Positions 41,329 through 56,962 of a stretch of DNA of 64,000 nucleotides are shown here, in pieces. How positions within the stretch are numbered: the stretch's first letter is position 1; every line of letters starts with the position of its first letter. The notes below the pieces were generated by a model. That model was given only the letters and a program-made list of their open reading frames with translations. It did no database searches and was not told the DNA's origin. The DNA comes from Octopus vulgaris (lineage: Eukaryota). The position numbers and the translations under genes were made by a program. Where the stretch lies: positions 161,324,001 through 161,388,000 of the forward strand of contig OX597814.1 of the NCBI GenBank assembly GCA_951406725.2, in the 5' to 3' direction.

Positions 41329-43861
41329 TCATCATCATCATTTAATGTCTGTTGTCCATGTTGGCATGGGTTGGATGGTTTGACCAGGGCTGGTGAGCTG
41401 GAAGGTTACACCAGTCTCCAGTCTGATTTAGCATGGTTTCTATGACTGGATGCCTTTCATAATGCCAGCCACTCCAAGAGTGTAATGGGAGTTTTTATGT
41501 GCCACTGACATGGGTGCCATTTGCATGACACCAGTATCTGGCATGCAAAGATACAAAATAGCTGGTGTAAAATTCCAGTGTATTCATCTTGTACTAGAAA
41601 CATTAGTATTATTGATTATTTGTATTATTCTAGAAATTACTTAATTAAAAAAAAAAATGTTTTTGTTTGTGTGAGTCAAGGCTGTAGGCAATTTGAGCTA
41701 TTATGATAGCCTCTTCATAGTAGAAATGAAACACTTATCTTTGAGGGATTCCTGCTGGATTGGAGGCCACTTCATTGCAAGGTTATCTCCAATTGTTGGT
41801 ACCCATGTTTTGCTGAGTGGACTAAAGCAGTGAGAAAGGAAGTGCTTTTCTCAAAGACACAATGCACATTTTGTTCTGGGAATAGAATATATAATCTTAT
41901 GATCTTGAGCCAACATGCTAACAATTGGGTCATGCATCCTGTATTTAGCATTAATTTAGTTTATGTGAATATTTGTACCTAGGAATGTGCATAAACATCT
42001 GACTTGAAGATATTGGTGTAAAATATGAAACATATTATTTTCTAAACAATATTGTCGTAGAAAATTTTAAAAAATCATGTGGGGAAAAAAGCTAAAATGA
42101 TATATGTACATGATCAAATTTCATCTTCTGTTTTAAATTTTGTATACTTACATTTCTTCTAAAGTCATTGAGTGTGGTGTATTTCATTAGGTGCTAACTG
42201 ATAAAAAGCTTCTCATTAATGCCTGTCAAACTCCCCAAATTATTTTTATGAAACAGCAATTTTGGGATTATTTTATACTGAACAAAGATTATGTAGATAA
42301 AGAATATAATTTGCTATTGAGTCCTTATTACACATTAGGAAATTGGATTTATTGGAAAAAAGAAATGAAAACCAATATTATATAAGTAATAAATTATTGA
42401 GCACAAGTTTATTGAGTAACTGTATGTTCTTAAGAAATTAGTAACTAATATCAAACCATTTCACATTATTTATTAGATAAAGAAATGAAAGCTAATTTTA
42501 TGTAGAAATCAAATATTATTTTGGTAGACTTTTTAACTGTTCTTATAAAAATAACTGATTAGTATAACTATCTTAACTAATGCTTTGCTTTCACAATATT
42601 CCTGTTTTCTTTGCTTCAACTACTTGATAAATCAAAGATATATGACTTTAATTAAATTTATTCTTGAGATGTATAAACTTATATTTTTATTTTAGCCTTA
42701 TTTATTTTACATTTACTCATAATCAGTTATTAGACTGTGTAATGTGAAGACAGCTGATTCTGAATATCTGGTTTGTGCTTTAAATTACAAGCTGTTGAGA
42801 GAAAGGAGTACATTCCAGTTAGCTGCTATGCAAATTAAGAAATTGGAAACTCAGCAGAAGAGATAACTTTTAAGTTATAGTCTGAAAGTTTTTAGGTACA
42901 ATTTGAAAATGATATTATGTAGAAGAATCAGCTGTCTAGTACCAGGCAAATTATTATTATTTAGTGTAATAAAATTTAAATACTCTCTGAAAGGATAGGG
43001 TGAAAGACTAATAGTTAATAAAATTAGTATTTTGAGTTGGTCTATGAAACTTATGCATACCTTTTCTAAGATGACTAATAAATTCATATGAGGGTAGTGT
43101 TACAGCAATAGAAAAGCTATCTAATTGCAACATTTTGTAATGGATATAAACAATTAAAAATGGATTGAAAGTATTCTAGGAAAAAAAACCCAATTCAGTT
43201 ATATTATGCAAATATAAAAATTTGCAAAGCACATCCTTCCTGAAGTCTGGAGAAATAGATACAAAAAGACAATTAATAATAAAGTATTCTGAATTCGAAT
43301 ATTTAATGCCAAATGTGGCATTTATATATAGTTCAGTTGAGATGCAGATAGAGCAAAATCTATGAAGATTGTTTGTGAACAATTTGTTTGAAAATTTCCA
43401 AATAGAAGCAAACTTAAGAAAGAGGCAAGTGTATTTGAGACTTGAAACTATATTGAAATAATATTATCAGGGTTTTACTCAGAGATTACTGTGAGTTCAA
43501 TATATACTTTTGTACGAAGGTGCCACATGACATTTTAGTGTAATTATCTTGGGCGTATATCTGTAAATATTGTATGAACATCTCAAATCAATAAAGATTT
43601 TAGAGAATATTACTAATTATTGTTTTATTTTCCTGTGTATCAGTTATCAAATAAACATATAAATTATATATTTGATAAGGATTTTTCAGTGCAAAGCTTC
43701 AAGATTTGAACAGAAAAATTCTAACCATCACTATAACTTTGGCTGCCTCACCATAACTTTTGAAATCACAATTTAACATCAATAACAGTTTTCTTTGCTT
43801 TTACTCTCTCTCTTTTGCTGTTTGGATATGATCATGCACCACTGCATTTTTCCATTTCCAG

Positions 43862-43885
43862 GCTCAAAAAAATAGGGTTTCTCAG
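43862..43885 (+). CDS. SVIL: Candidate 24-nt alternative microexon (AQKNRVSQ), phase 0-0
   Basis: TGCATTTTTCCATTTCCAG|GCTCAAAAAAATAGGGTTTCTCAG|GTAACT; frame-preserving in a phase-0 intron, with no stop. Confidence 0.6.
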
Positions 43886-46800
43886 GTAACTGCTTTCTCT
43901 CTATTCACAGGCATGTACAAAGCTCATGACCTATTTCACTAATTTTAGCTAGCACTGGATGCATGTTTGTGCTTAATTTATGCTCTTCTGTAATGATGGA
44001 ATGTATTTGACATTACTGTAAGGAATAACATCTTCAATCAACTCAAATAATGTGATTTACAAGGAAGGTTAATTTGAAGGTTCATTACAAACATGTTTCT
44101 TCGAATGACTTCAAATAGAATTGGAATTATAAACATATATTACCTTGAATACATTAAATTGTTTCTAAACTGGAACGCCAATGATGTAAAAGTTTTTATA
44201 TGATGCCTGTAAACAATTATTGTTTTTGTTTTTCTTTCAACCTGTAAAACAGAGGTGTACTATATATTTACATGTTATACACATATGGCTGAAATATAAC
44301 CCTTTATTAATAGCTTCAATATTGTCGTACACATCTCTCACATTATTACTATCATCATTATCAGCATCGTCAAAATCTTGTTGTGATTCATTTAACATCT
44401 GTTTGTTCATATCTCTGTGAGTTAGGTTACACCTATCCTATTATGTTAATAATGTGAACTACAAAAGTGGGGTTGGTTGCTATTTTCAGTTTGATTGATT
44501 GAAGCCATGCCCTAGAGTGTAGGGAAGTACTTGTAGCAGAGTTTTAGATTATTGTTTTTGCACTTAGTACAGTAACCACTTATCTACTATGCCTTTATAC
44601 AATTCTACAAAATGAAAACAAACAACAAATTACTTAGTAAATAAAAGAAGTATTTGTAAGAAAGAAATAATTATGTTTAGAAGATACATATGCCAATCGA
44701 GAAAGGCTGTTGACAATAATATTAGGAGAGTTCAGGTTGACTGACACATTCCTTTAGTTATTAGAAAATGAAAAATAAAAAGGGGGAATTTTAACTTTGA
44801 TAGGAAAAAAATTTGAACAATTTTTAATTAATATGTTGGAAAATAATGTTAATGCATCTTATTAAAGGTCATTTGAATTTGGAGAAGTGTATAAAGTATT
44901 TGAGTGAGAAAATTCTATACATCATGAAAGTGTATTTAGTGAAGAATAATCATATTTAGTAAAATATTACTACTAAGGGGAGTTAGTGAAAGCATGTCTG
45001 TTTAATCATGAGCAGATGAACATTGAGAAGATAACAACTGAAGGGACAGAGGGCTGCACCATCATGTGCAGCTCTCGGGTACTGATTTATGGCTGTGTAA
45101 ACTGGAGCAATATGAAATAAAGTGCTTTGCTCAAGGACATGATGCACCATGTAGAGGAACTAAATGCACAATCTTATAATCGCACGCTTAACCTAACCAC
45201 TAGGTTATGCACATCCACTTCAATTCCATAAATTGAAGAGAGCTTAAAATTAGTTAATATAACCACCTTGATTCTTTTGTCATTGAGTGTGTATGTGTGT
45301 GTGTGTGTGTGTGTGTGTTTAAGTAAAATTTCAGCTTTTAGTTCAAATATATATGTTGAGATATGTATATGTGTATATATTTGTATACCAGAGTTATGTT
45401 GAAAATAACAGTATGGAAGACAAAGTGAGAACAAAGTGTAATTAATATTTTGACACTGAATGAGAGGTAACGAGCGTGCCATTTATGTTTTGAGCTTAAG
45501 CCCTTCAAAAAGTTTGATAGTTAGAAGGGTAAGTGTGGAAATAGGAAAAAGAAATGCAAGTAACTGAGAAGTATATGTTAATTTGTGTCAGGTCATGCTG
45601 AAAATAGAGGATGTTGAGTAACAAGAAGGGAAGAAGAAGAAAGGCACTATCATATGAACAAGAGCTGCTGGGGTGGTTATTGTTAGTCAGTGTGCAAATT
45701 ATGTATGCATGTGTCAGTGTTAGTGTGCACATTGGGAATTTAGTATATATATGGACCAGTATGTATGGCTAATGATTGAGTTGAAAAGTGTGTTTTGATA
45801 AATGACTTTGATTTGTTTGATGTATCTGCATGTATATTTCTTGTGTTTTGTTAAACATGTGCTATGTGCATTGTGAAATTAATATTATGGAGTAGTGTAT
45901 GGATAGAGATTACTTTGAAAGTTGGGCTTGCTGTGATGAGTGAGTTTGTCTTATTTAATGTATGTGTGTAGGTTACTGTGTTGTATAAGTTGCTTGAAAC
46001 TATGTGTGGATATGTCGTTTGTGTTTGTATGCATCTAATCTGTGTGTGTGTGTGTGTGCCTGCCTGTGTGATTGGCTTTATGGGTTATGTGTGTGTATGT
46101 GATTCACTTTAGGTGTTGTGTGTTTGTGTATGATTGGCCTTTTGGGTGTGTTTTTGGAGTAGTGAAAATAATATGACCAGTGTATGTGTCATTGTGGGTA
46201 TTATTGTTATGGGTATGTGTGTGTGTGTGCGTGTGTGTGTATGAATGTATGTATGTATATAGACATACATACATACTCACACACACAGACTGCTTAAAAT
46301 GCTCCTTTTCTGAGCATTTTAAGCAATAACTAAAGTTGGTAGAGAAATGTAGATGCAAGAGTTGGTTATGTTGAAATAATTGTAATTGAGTTCAGAAGTT
46401 CAATAAATAAGATGATATGTGAAGAAGGCTATGTCAAATTTAATTCACAAAATATTGTTCTTTCTCTTACTCACTTTATGAAAATCGTTCACTTTTATTC
46501 CCTGTGTGAAACCCTAAGTTATCTTGTTTAGTTTTATTTCAAAACAGTAGCATGTGTCTATGTTCTACTCATAGGCAAAATAGTTTCAGATCACATAAAA
46601 CTTATATCATTCCAATAAATGAAAATGCATGTTATTCTAATTGTTGACACTTCAATAAATTTCAAACACTAATATCAAAAAAATGGTTTCACTTTCACAT
46701 CCTGATTTCCATTTTAATCAGTTATCATGTTGTTTGCATTTAATTTTTATGCAATTTATAATAAAATGATTTATTATTTTGCTAAGATGCATTTCATTTT

Positions 46801-48806
46801 TAAATGTCAAATTTAAAATGTTGGGATTTGAATATAAGATGACACCGAAGCAGCTGTTATGAGTTTTAATAGGGTCTTTTGAATATTTTTTGTATTTTAA
46901 GAAAACAAGTAAATTAGTATATTATTAAAAAATTCTTATATTTAATATATTTTGTACAAACTAAAAAAAAAAAAAAGGACTCTTTCAACTTAAGATAGGA
47001 TCAGTATTGAAAAATGCTGAATGAATTGTCGATGCAATCTTTTTCAAAGTCTTGTTACTTGTCGAATATTTTTTTACATCAGTTGAAATATTCATTGAAA
47101 TTTTCATTAACATTTTATATTTCAGGAACAAAATTTTAATAGACATACTCATTTCCTTAAGTCTTGATGTAGTGGACATTTAACAACAAAATTAATTGAA
47201 AATAAAAGAAAGTAATTGTTTTAAGCAATATAAATATGAAAGTAAATGACTACCTCAGGATTTAAAGTGAGCAGTAGTAAGAATTTTAGCTTGCATGTAA
47301 AATTGTTCAATGTCCCTTTGTATTATAATTTCCATGCATCAACAATAACAAAGAAGTATCATGCTATAATTTAATAAAACTATATGCTACAGTAAAAGAG
47401 TATGTTGTGAGTTAATCTTCAACAGGCAATGTAAACAGCATGATTATGATATGTGTGTCAACCTGGCATTTACTCTTCAAATGAAGAAAGTTATACAATT
47501 TTACATTTTGATCAACAAAGTTTGTTGCTAAAGTCACTTGCAAATTAAAGTAGTAATGTTAACCGGAAGGAGAGCAGAAAATCTTTGTTTAACTTTGACA
47601 GTGAAGAAATGACCAGTCATTAATTTACAAAATTGTCTTTTCTTAAAATGTCTTATGTATAAATAATAACTTAATTGGGTCAGTTTTAGTTTAAACTGTT
47701 ACTTGTATAATGTCAATGTCAACATTGGAATAACCTATTGCTATGAAATGTGACAAATGAAAGGAGATTTACAGTCTAGAAGGAACTGATTTATATAATT
47801 TCATTTTATATTTGAATTTGAGGGCTTCTTAAAATGATATTTTTATGCTAATGTTTGCATTTGAATTTTGGGTATCACATTTATAGTAAACTAGAATGAA
47901 CTAGTTAAGATTTATTCAAATCTTAATTTTTCAAATAATAATCACTTAATTAAAAATCTAAGCAAATTATATGAAGTCATCCTTTACTATATTCTTCAAA
48001 TAATTTTCACCATCAACTTCTAACAATCAAAAGTTAAGTCATTCCCATTGTCAGCATCTTAACATTTATTTTTCCAAGCTGGCATGGATTGGACAGGTTT
48101 GTTATATATGTATATATCACAATGCCATTTATTGCAATTTCTTAATGTCATGACTGGCCTTGTTTTCCAACTCTAAGTATTTAAATGAACTTTATGGATA
48201 TTCCCAATATTATCTCAAGTAATATGGTTTATTATAAGAATTAAGTAACTAAGTTTAAATAATATCTTAGACTAAAGAATGTGTTTTGTATAATTCACTA
48301 AAAGTTTAAGCAATATTACTTATGTGCTGTAATTTAATGAAAATAAAAATAAACTTGGTTTGAGTTTTTAAGGGATATTTTAGTCTCTGTTCTTTAGTAA
48401 ACTATAATGACATTATATTTATACTGCTAATATCTATTGCATAATTAAATTTGCTAAATTAAAATTTAGCTTTAACTTTTTTTTACAGTTTATTTGATAA
48501 TTTTTATTTTCAGCTACTAATAGTTGACTTAAACTAAAATATTCTAACACTTGGAATAAACTGAAGAAATATTGCATGGATGAAATAAAATGCTTGTTTA
48601 TTTTTATTTCATGTTTAACTAAACTTAATTTTCTTTTTAAATTGTAGCTGTTTATTCAAAAAATATTGTTTATAATTTTTGAATCATTATATTAAACTTT
48701 TAGTGAGTGTTTTTTTATATTCCTTGCATTAAATAGTTGTGCAAATTAATATATTGTTAATAAAAAGTAATAAATTTTATTTGTTATTTCTATTTTTCCA
48801 TTTTAG

Positions 48807-49053
48807 CCTGTTACTTCTGAAGAAATGGAGAGTGTGTTTCGTATTTCTCCTTTGGCAATGAGCCTTGTAAAACCACCAGATCCAGAAATTTTGAAAGGAT
48901 TGCCATTAAATGCTCAAAGAGAGCTCGTTGCCCAGCATGCAGAAGCTTGTTTATCTCAACAAGGGTCCAGACCAAACTCACGTCCAGGATCACAATCTGG
49001 TTCCCGAAGAGGATCTCTTGAAGAACATGAGCAAAGTAAACTAGAAACAAATG
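48807..49053 (+). CDS. SVIL: Supervillin-like exon (PVTSEEMESVFRISPLAMSLVKPPDPEILKG...SRRGSLEEHEQSKLETN), phase 0 to 1; 3' boundary uncertain (alternative end 49035)
   Basis: TTTTTCCATTTTAG|CCT acceptor completes RFNTQ-PVT; donor is G|GTATTG or A|GTAAAC. Confidence 0.85.
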
Positions 49054-49708
49054 GTATTGTATTAATGAAAAATTTATTCTTTCTAAACTTATATTTCAGT
49101 TTACAAAATTGAATACATTATATAGTAATGAGATGAGGTGAATTTTGTAAATTTTAGAGTTGTTGCCTTTCATATAAAGGACTGCTTGAAAGGTTAAAAT
49201 TCATTTCTTCTCATGGCACACAAAATTTTACAAATTTGCTAACTTTATTGACTGATTTTTACTGCTGCAAGACCATCGATTTTTTTTTTTGTTCAAACTG
49301 CTGTATTTTTTGTTTTATACCTTCACTCTAATCTTTAAAAATTTATTTCATTAATTATCTCTGAATTGAAAGTTAAATGATCAATATCTCTAAAAATTGG
49401 GTTACTTTAAACACTTTCTATATAAACTTAATTGTCTTATTTTCTCTTTTTGCTCTCTTGCACAATAGCTCTATTTAAGACCTTGGTTATGGTTATTTAG
49501 CTAGTTAGCCTAATTATAGTCAGATATCAACTGATTTGGTAGGCCTATATAATTCTTTAAGTTTTAGCCTATAAAACAATTCTTCATTATAGTTCAAACC
49601 TTCAAGTATTAACAAATAGTATTCACTTTATTTAAATGATTTTCTTAATAATAAAAACAGGTAATGTTTCATCGATATATTTACTTGCAAAAATATACCT
49701 AACAATAA

Positions 49709-49744
<36 letters not shown>

Positions 49745-52700
49745 ACATGTATGTGTGTGCCCTCAATAGCTCTTATATAAAAAATCCACTGTATTGATTT
49801 TTACTTCTATTTTCTATAACAATCAATATCAGTACAAGCAATATTCTTTTTTCTATTGCTTCTTTCTACTTTAGCCCACCCTTCTCCTTTCTCTTGCTGC
49901 TGTCTTGTATTCTATAGTTCAGTGTTATAATTCATTATTATAATATTCATTAGAAAGCATAATTTGCCAGACAAAATTTAGTTAAGTCAATTGCATAATC
50001 AGCTCAGAGATTGACACAGTAGCTTAGACCAAAGGACCCAAATGAAAGGCAAGGTATATTCTTACTAATTTTAGATTTTCACACTTCAAGGCAAATTGTA
50101 ATGGATTATTAAGTTTTAGTAAAGAAAGTTTTGGAGATGTCTTTCTATCTTTACAGCTTATTTGTATTCAATAATGTGTGAAATTATTTAACACTGTGAC
50201 TAACAAAAATATTCAGTTACCTTTATATTCAGTCCAATTTTTTTGAGCAATTCTTTTCAAATCTGTCTTTCTTGCTTTGCTTTGAAGAAGCAAAGTTGAC
50301 TCATAGACTCAGAATTGTGAAAGTAATAAGAGAGAGAGAGAGAGAGAGTGTGTGTGTGTGTGTACATGCATATGCATGGTTAGTCTAATGTTACTAATTG
50401 TTATAGCTTATACTAGTAGGGTAAATATTTGGGGCAACAGTCTAGAAGGTAGAACTAGGCAAAGTGTTTAAAGTATTACCAAAAAGGAATGGCAAAATGA
50501 AGTGAATGTTAATGCTGGTGCAATGGAAAACAAGGACATTCAGAACAGTAGAGGCCATTCTAGAAATAGTAGAAACAGAAATTTATCAGTATGTTAAAGA
50601 GTTTGCAATAAATTTGACAGTGTCGTAGGGATGTAATCTCATATTATGATTACAGATATATCATTGTTCTATATGTTGGACATTGTTGTTATTGATGGTC
50701 AACTCTGATCAAGCAGGCCAATGATGAAAAGTGCTTCCTTGTGAACAATTTTTAATATTGTAGGGTATGATTTAAAGGAGATTTGGTTACTGTTTCTTGC
50801 TAGTCAAGTGACTGTTTAGAAGAACTCCCCCTCCCTTGTGTCATATAGGAGCATGAGTAGTACACCATGGTGTAACATAAATCAACCTCATAAGAAGTAA
50901 GAATGTAACTGTTTTGTATCTGTAAAGGTGCTTGGTGTTGGTTTGGCTATCTTGAAGTCAAGACCTTATGATTTCTCAATTTACTAATAATTGATTGGAT
51001 GTTCTTATGGAAGAGAGAATTAGTGTAGTTGTACTTAGCATGTATAGGAATTTTAAAGGACTTTTTAGTGACTTCACAAACATAGTAATGATCTTTTGTA
51101 AAGATGAATAATGGTTGTTTTATTTTGCTATGTCTTGCCAGATTATAGAAATTTTATTGTTTAACCATCAGTGTTGAATCTATAGGCTGTGTGAATATTA
51201 TTTGTGATTGCATAGAAAGAAAATATGAAAAATAATGTGGCAAAGGTTTGATGTTAGAGACACTGATGATGAGATTATGAATGTAGACGAACAAGGAAAA
51301 AATATCTTTCCAGCTAGGAAACCCATGTATCTCCTCTTCAATAAGACACCTATTCCTGTCTCTCTATTATACTTTCATCTCCGTCAATACTATACCCCAC
51401 CCCCACTCAGTTGAGACGTCTTATCTTGTGAGTTACTTGGTGACCTCACTAGTGCTAGTATCATGAGAAAGTACCCAATACACTCTGTAATGTGGTTGGC
51501 ATCAGGAAGGGCAACCACCTATAGAAATCATGCTAAAGCAGACATTGTATCTCTGTACAGTCCTCTGGCTTGTTGGTCTCTGTCAAACTGTCCAACTCAT
51601 GCCAACTTGGAAAATGAACATTAAACAATGATGATGATGATGATTTTTGTAGCTGATGAGTTTTCTGCAAGAACATTGCAAATTTGCATGACTAGGTCAG
51701 ATTCTAGTTTCTAGTTTATGAATTTAGATGGACATTTATCATAGTTGTATTTACAGTATGCTTTTATCTGAAGCATCAAAAGGAAACTTTCACATGTTAT
51801 AGAATTTATTCATACACTGTTCTTTCACAGTTAGTATACATTTTGTGGGAGGCTGATTAATATGTTTTGCTAAAGTGTAGGATACTGAGAAATATGTCAT
51901 GGAGAATTTTTTCTGTAGAAAGTTTGATAGTCTCTAAACATTTAGCATTAAAAAGTGATAATTATAAACACATGTCTGCATGAGTTAACTATATTTACTT
52001 ATTAGAGCAAGGGTTCCCAACCTGCACTGCTCACAACCCCTGGAGCTTTGAGATAGCATTTCAAGAGTGTGACAGAGAGAAAGTATATACTTTGTTAAAA
52101 TTTTTTTTTTTTTAATAAAATTGAACTAAATCCTAAAAATAACTTCATTCTATTAAACACACTAAGAACTTTATTATTCTACTTATGTAGTTTTAACCAT
52201 TAAGAGATTATGATTAAAGAATTATGTCTTAATTCCATTCACAACAACATATGTGTGAATCTAGATTTAGTTATCTTTTGTCAATCAAGACTAAATTGTA
52301 TCTACGAATTGGTTAAATTCATAGGCAGACCTGCAGATCACAATTAGCAAGAAAGTTCCAGATTTTGATTAGTAATGAATGAGAAGCAGGAACAAAGAAG
52401 TCGTTGAATTCTGTGTTCACAATTTTGTTTGATCTCACTGTTACTAATTTTTTTAGTCACTCAGTTTACATTTGCATTTTATGCACTGAGTCAAAAGCTT
52501 GTTTTTTTGAGTTCAGTTTATTCACAAATAGTATTGTGTGTGTTTCAAAACAGAAATTAATTATCAGAAAATTGACTTTTTTATCTTTAAATAGGATATT
52601 GCTTTTGTATGGGATGTGAAAATTGATCTGACATTTCCTAGGAGTGTGGGGTGTTGGGACATAGAAAATATTGGGAATAACTGTAATAGAATATCCACTG

Positions 52701-52860
52701 AAAAAAAAAAAAATCAAAGTTGAATTCTGAAAGTAAATCTTTATTGAATATTAGTGAATATTATCTTTCACTCCATACATCATTATATCATTATTTTGTA
52801 AGTTTTGATACTCATGTATTGAGGAGGTGTGGCTTTGCGCCAGTTGAGATATCTTCTATC

Positions 52861-53222
52861 TTTTACTTGTTTCTCTCATTAAACTGTGGGCATGCTGTGG
52901 TGCCAGCTTGAAGGACTTTTGTTGAATGAATTGACTCCAGTACTTCATAGTTTTTTATGCCTAGTACTTATTCTATCAGTTTCTTTTACTAAACTGCTAA
53001 GTTATGGGGACATAAATACACCAACTGTGGGGGTAGGGGACAAACACAAACTTGAAGACATACATACATACATACATACATACATACATACACAACAGTC
53101 TTCATCTACCAAATCTACTTACAAAGCTTTGGTAAGTTTGAGACTGTAGTAGAAGACACTTGCTCAAGGTGCCACATAATGGGACTGAACCTGGAACCAT
53201 GTGGTTGGGAAGCAACCTTCTA
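52861..53222 (-). mobile_element. tRNA-derived SINE (family A, degraded)
   Basis: Homologous to 25061-25514. Confidence 0.8.
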
Positions 53223-56200
53223 ACACACACACACGCACACACACACACACACACACATGTATCTGAAGCTATAAATATTTGTTGTATAATGCTGACTTCA
53301 TTTCTGATTAACTTTATAACCTCTATGGTATTAGCTGAAATCTATTTGTCTTTATATTCATATTAATTAGTTTAATTATCCAAATATAATTCCAGTACCT
53401 TTACAAAGAATAAAATATATGCAACTTTCAGATAATCTGGAGATTAATGTTTTTGGAATATTGTAGTTAGATTTATTAACATATGCCTATATTAGTAATT
53501 AAATTAAGATTATTATTGCAATCTTTGCTGTTAGTAAAAATTTAATTAGAACTAATTTTCAACTTCAATTATATTACTTTAATTTATTAATAATTAAAAC
53601 ATGTTCATGTTTAGTACAGCTTTTTAAAACTAAAAGATTAAATAAATTGCTTCTCATCATATGTAATATGCTACTTAATGATATAAAATGTAAATTGACT
53701 GTTAAGGATTATTTATTAAAATGTATTATAAGTATCTCAATGGTATTATTTCAAACTTCCAACCCAGGAAAATTACTATTCCACAAATAGTTTTTGAAAA
53801 CAGACATATCATTTAACTGCGACTGCTCTTGCATTAAATCTCACTGTCAAAGTTTTCTCCACTGACTGTCCATTTACTGCTTAAATTTCGTTGTTTTAGT
53901 CACTTCTTTATCTATATGCTTATGTTTCACTCTCTGAAAGCAGGGTGTAATGTTGGTAGCAGTAGCAGGAAGTTTGCTTTACTTGCCTGACAGTAAACTG
54001 TAGGACATTTCATAGTTATGCTATCAGTCATACTACTTAGAAGGAAATAGCTGCTTTTCACAAACTACCATATTTTAAGAGGCTTATATTTTTGTTCAGT
54101 TTCTCTTTGTATAAAAAGGGAACCTGTGGAATTTAGAGGTAAGTTAGACATGGATGTTTATAACTTTTCTTTAATGTTGCATAGCTGAATAAAGATAGTA
54201 CATGTTACTATTGGTACTTATATATACATACAGCTAAAAAAAAAAAACTTTTAAAAATGTTATTTGTCAGTTCATCTCATTGATAGCAAACTGTTGATTG
54301 ATAATATTTATTTTGAATAGTTTTCGGCATATGTACAGTATGTTTCAGTACTATATATTATAATTGTAGGACATTAACAAAAGAAAACACTTATAAATTG
54401 CTTCCCCTCCCCAAATGAAAATAAAAAAAAAAGTAGTTGACAATAGCTGAAGGGAAAGTAGTTTATCTTAGATTCAAATATCTGTGGTGTATACACACTC
54501 AGTGGTTGGCTGATTACTTTCAATTTCCAGTATGACTATAGTCCCCGCTGCTGATAAATTTACTGTTATAAATCTCATTCAATTAAACTTTACAAGTTGT
54601 ATCTTTCTTTTTATTTTCTTTCTTTTCTTTTTTTTTGTTAATTTGAATTGAATTATCATTTCTCTTCTCAAGTAAATTAGCAGTCTCTGGTTTCATATGT
54701 AATTTTTACAAATCTTAAAATTTGTAAAGCACCGTATCTGTAAATATCCTGTAATAAGTATATATATTAATTGCTATAATAGAAAAGAATAAAAATAATT
54801 TTCTTGATTTTCTTATCGAATTATGTTCCAAAAATCATGACTGGAGAGTGAATATTTAAAAACATCTACTTGCTTTTGTATTTTGATTTTCATATATACG
54901 AAATTAAACTATCATCTTTTTTCTCATCATCATCATCATCATCATTGTCTCATCATCACCATCAACACCGTGGTGGTGGTCATCATCATCATCATCATCA
55001 TCACAGTGGTGGTGAATGTGATGATGTTGATGATATTTGCTTTCCATGCAGGCATGTGTGGGACGTACCATTGCGGATTGAGGATTATGTCTTACTCAAA
55101 ATATTGTTTTTAGAATGGCTTCTATTGACTGGATGCCCTTCATAGCACCAACTGATTTACAGATTGCTGTGAACAGACATCAGTTACAATTCTAAACTTA
55201 GACAACTCTTATTATGCTTCCATTTTCCATTAGTATTTTTTTTGCAAGTGGTGAGAATGACATTGCACGCGTGTGTGCGCACATGCACACACATACACAC
55301 ACACACATTTTATTGATAATTCTCATTAGAGTCATTTAATTAGTACTACGTTCCCTGGGTAATCTACTTAATGATGGAAGTGGCTTTTGTTAAAACAAAG
55401 TTGCTAAAGTAAAATATGTGTGCAAGATCAAAGAGCAGTTGCCTTTACTAACTGTCTACTCATAGTAGAGTAGATTGCTTTCCTTGTGTGGCATAATACT
55501 TCCATGAAACAATAATGGCAACAATATCAACGTATTTCTTGTACATTATCCGTGAAATGCTTGAAGTATAATGCTTATTCATTTTCCTGTACAGAATTAC
55601 CAAATGGAAAGTTTAATTTTTCATATTTTTCCTTCATCATATAATGTATAAAGGCATTAGAATTAGTAATTATAAAAGTTGTGAGCATGATTGAGTTGTT
55701 AAGAAATTTGCTTCCCAACCATGTAGTTGTGGGTTCATTCCCACTGCAGGACACCCTATGCAAGCTGACCAAAGCCTTGTGAATGGATTTGGTTGATGGG
55801 AACTAGGAGAGGTCTATGTGTTTGCTTACATATTCTCTGAATATCATAAACTACATGCAGTGAAGCTTTTGTCATTTTCCCTACCAATAAATTGTCTGTT
55901 GACGTGGGAAATAAGAAATCCTTTATTTGAAAGACAGCCAACTGTCAAGAAGAGCATCCGACTGTATAACAATGTCTCAATTATACATTTGTCTAATCCA
56001 TGCTAACATTGAACAAACATATTTGAAAATGAATAAACAAATGAATGAAAATATCTTTTGCTTTTAAATTTTGAAAATTTAATTGATCGAGCCTGGTGCA
56101 GCCTCTGGCTCACCAGTCCTCAGTCAAACCATCAAACCCATGCCAGCATGGAAAGTGGGCATTAAACGATGATGATGATGATGATGATGAAATCTCATTA

Positions 56201-56767
56201 TTCACCTTGCTTTATAAATGATGAAAAATGTCAACATTGTTGTAAGGAGGTGACTTAAGGTTATTTTAATTATTCTTCACAATTCTTTCTCCTAAGAATT
56301 TTGGTCCTCACAGTGACTGTCACATTTTTAGGGTTCTAAACTTGAGTGTAAGGTATGGATATGGTTAAAGTGTTATAATGTATAGTGTAATGTGCAAAAG
56401 GTCTGCTGTTGTCATTTACATGCTGCTTCTTCTTGCTATTAATCTGAAACCATCCTGTGAGTTTTTTTTGTGTTGCTGTTCTACCATTACTCTGAAATGT
56501 TTGTGTCCATTCTGACACAGCAATGCTTTGTCTCCATAGAAAGTGACCTCTTCATGGTAAATAAGAACTATTAATTTATCATTTTGCATTCCAATTCTAA
56601 ATTTTTCGCGTTTAATTTGGCTGCTCCATTAAACTAATTGCTAATTACTAGTAAGTGTAAACTATTTCCTGTATAAATATCTAAAAGCAGATGAATTTCA
56701 TAATTTATATCTAGTTATCTTAACTAACTTTTTCTAAGCATGTAAATTTTTAAAGATACATAAAAAA

Positions 56768-56924
56768 TGTGTGGTAAGTAGCTTGCTTACGAACCACATG
56801 GTTCCAGGTTCAGTCCCACTGTGTGGCATCTTGGGCAAGTGTCTTCTACTATAGCCTCAGGCCAACCAAAGCCTTGTGAGTGGATTTGGTAGACGGAAAC
56901 TGAAAGAAGCCTGTTGTATATATG

Positions 56925-56962
<38 letters not shown>

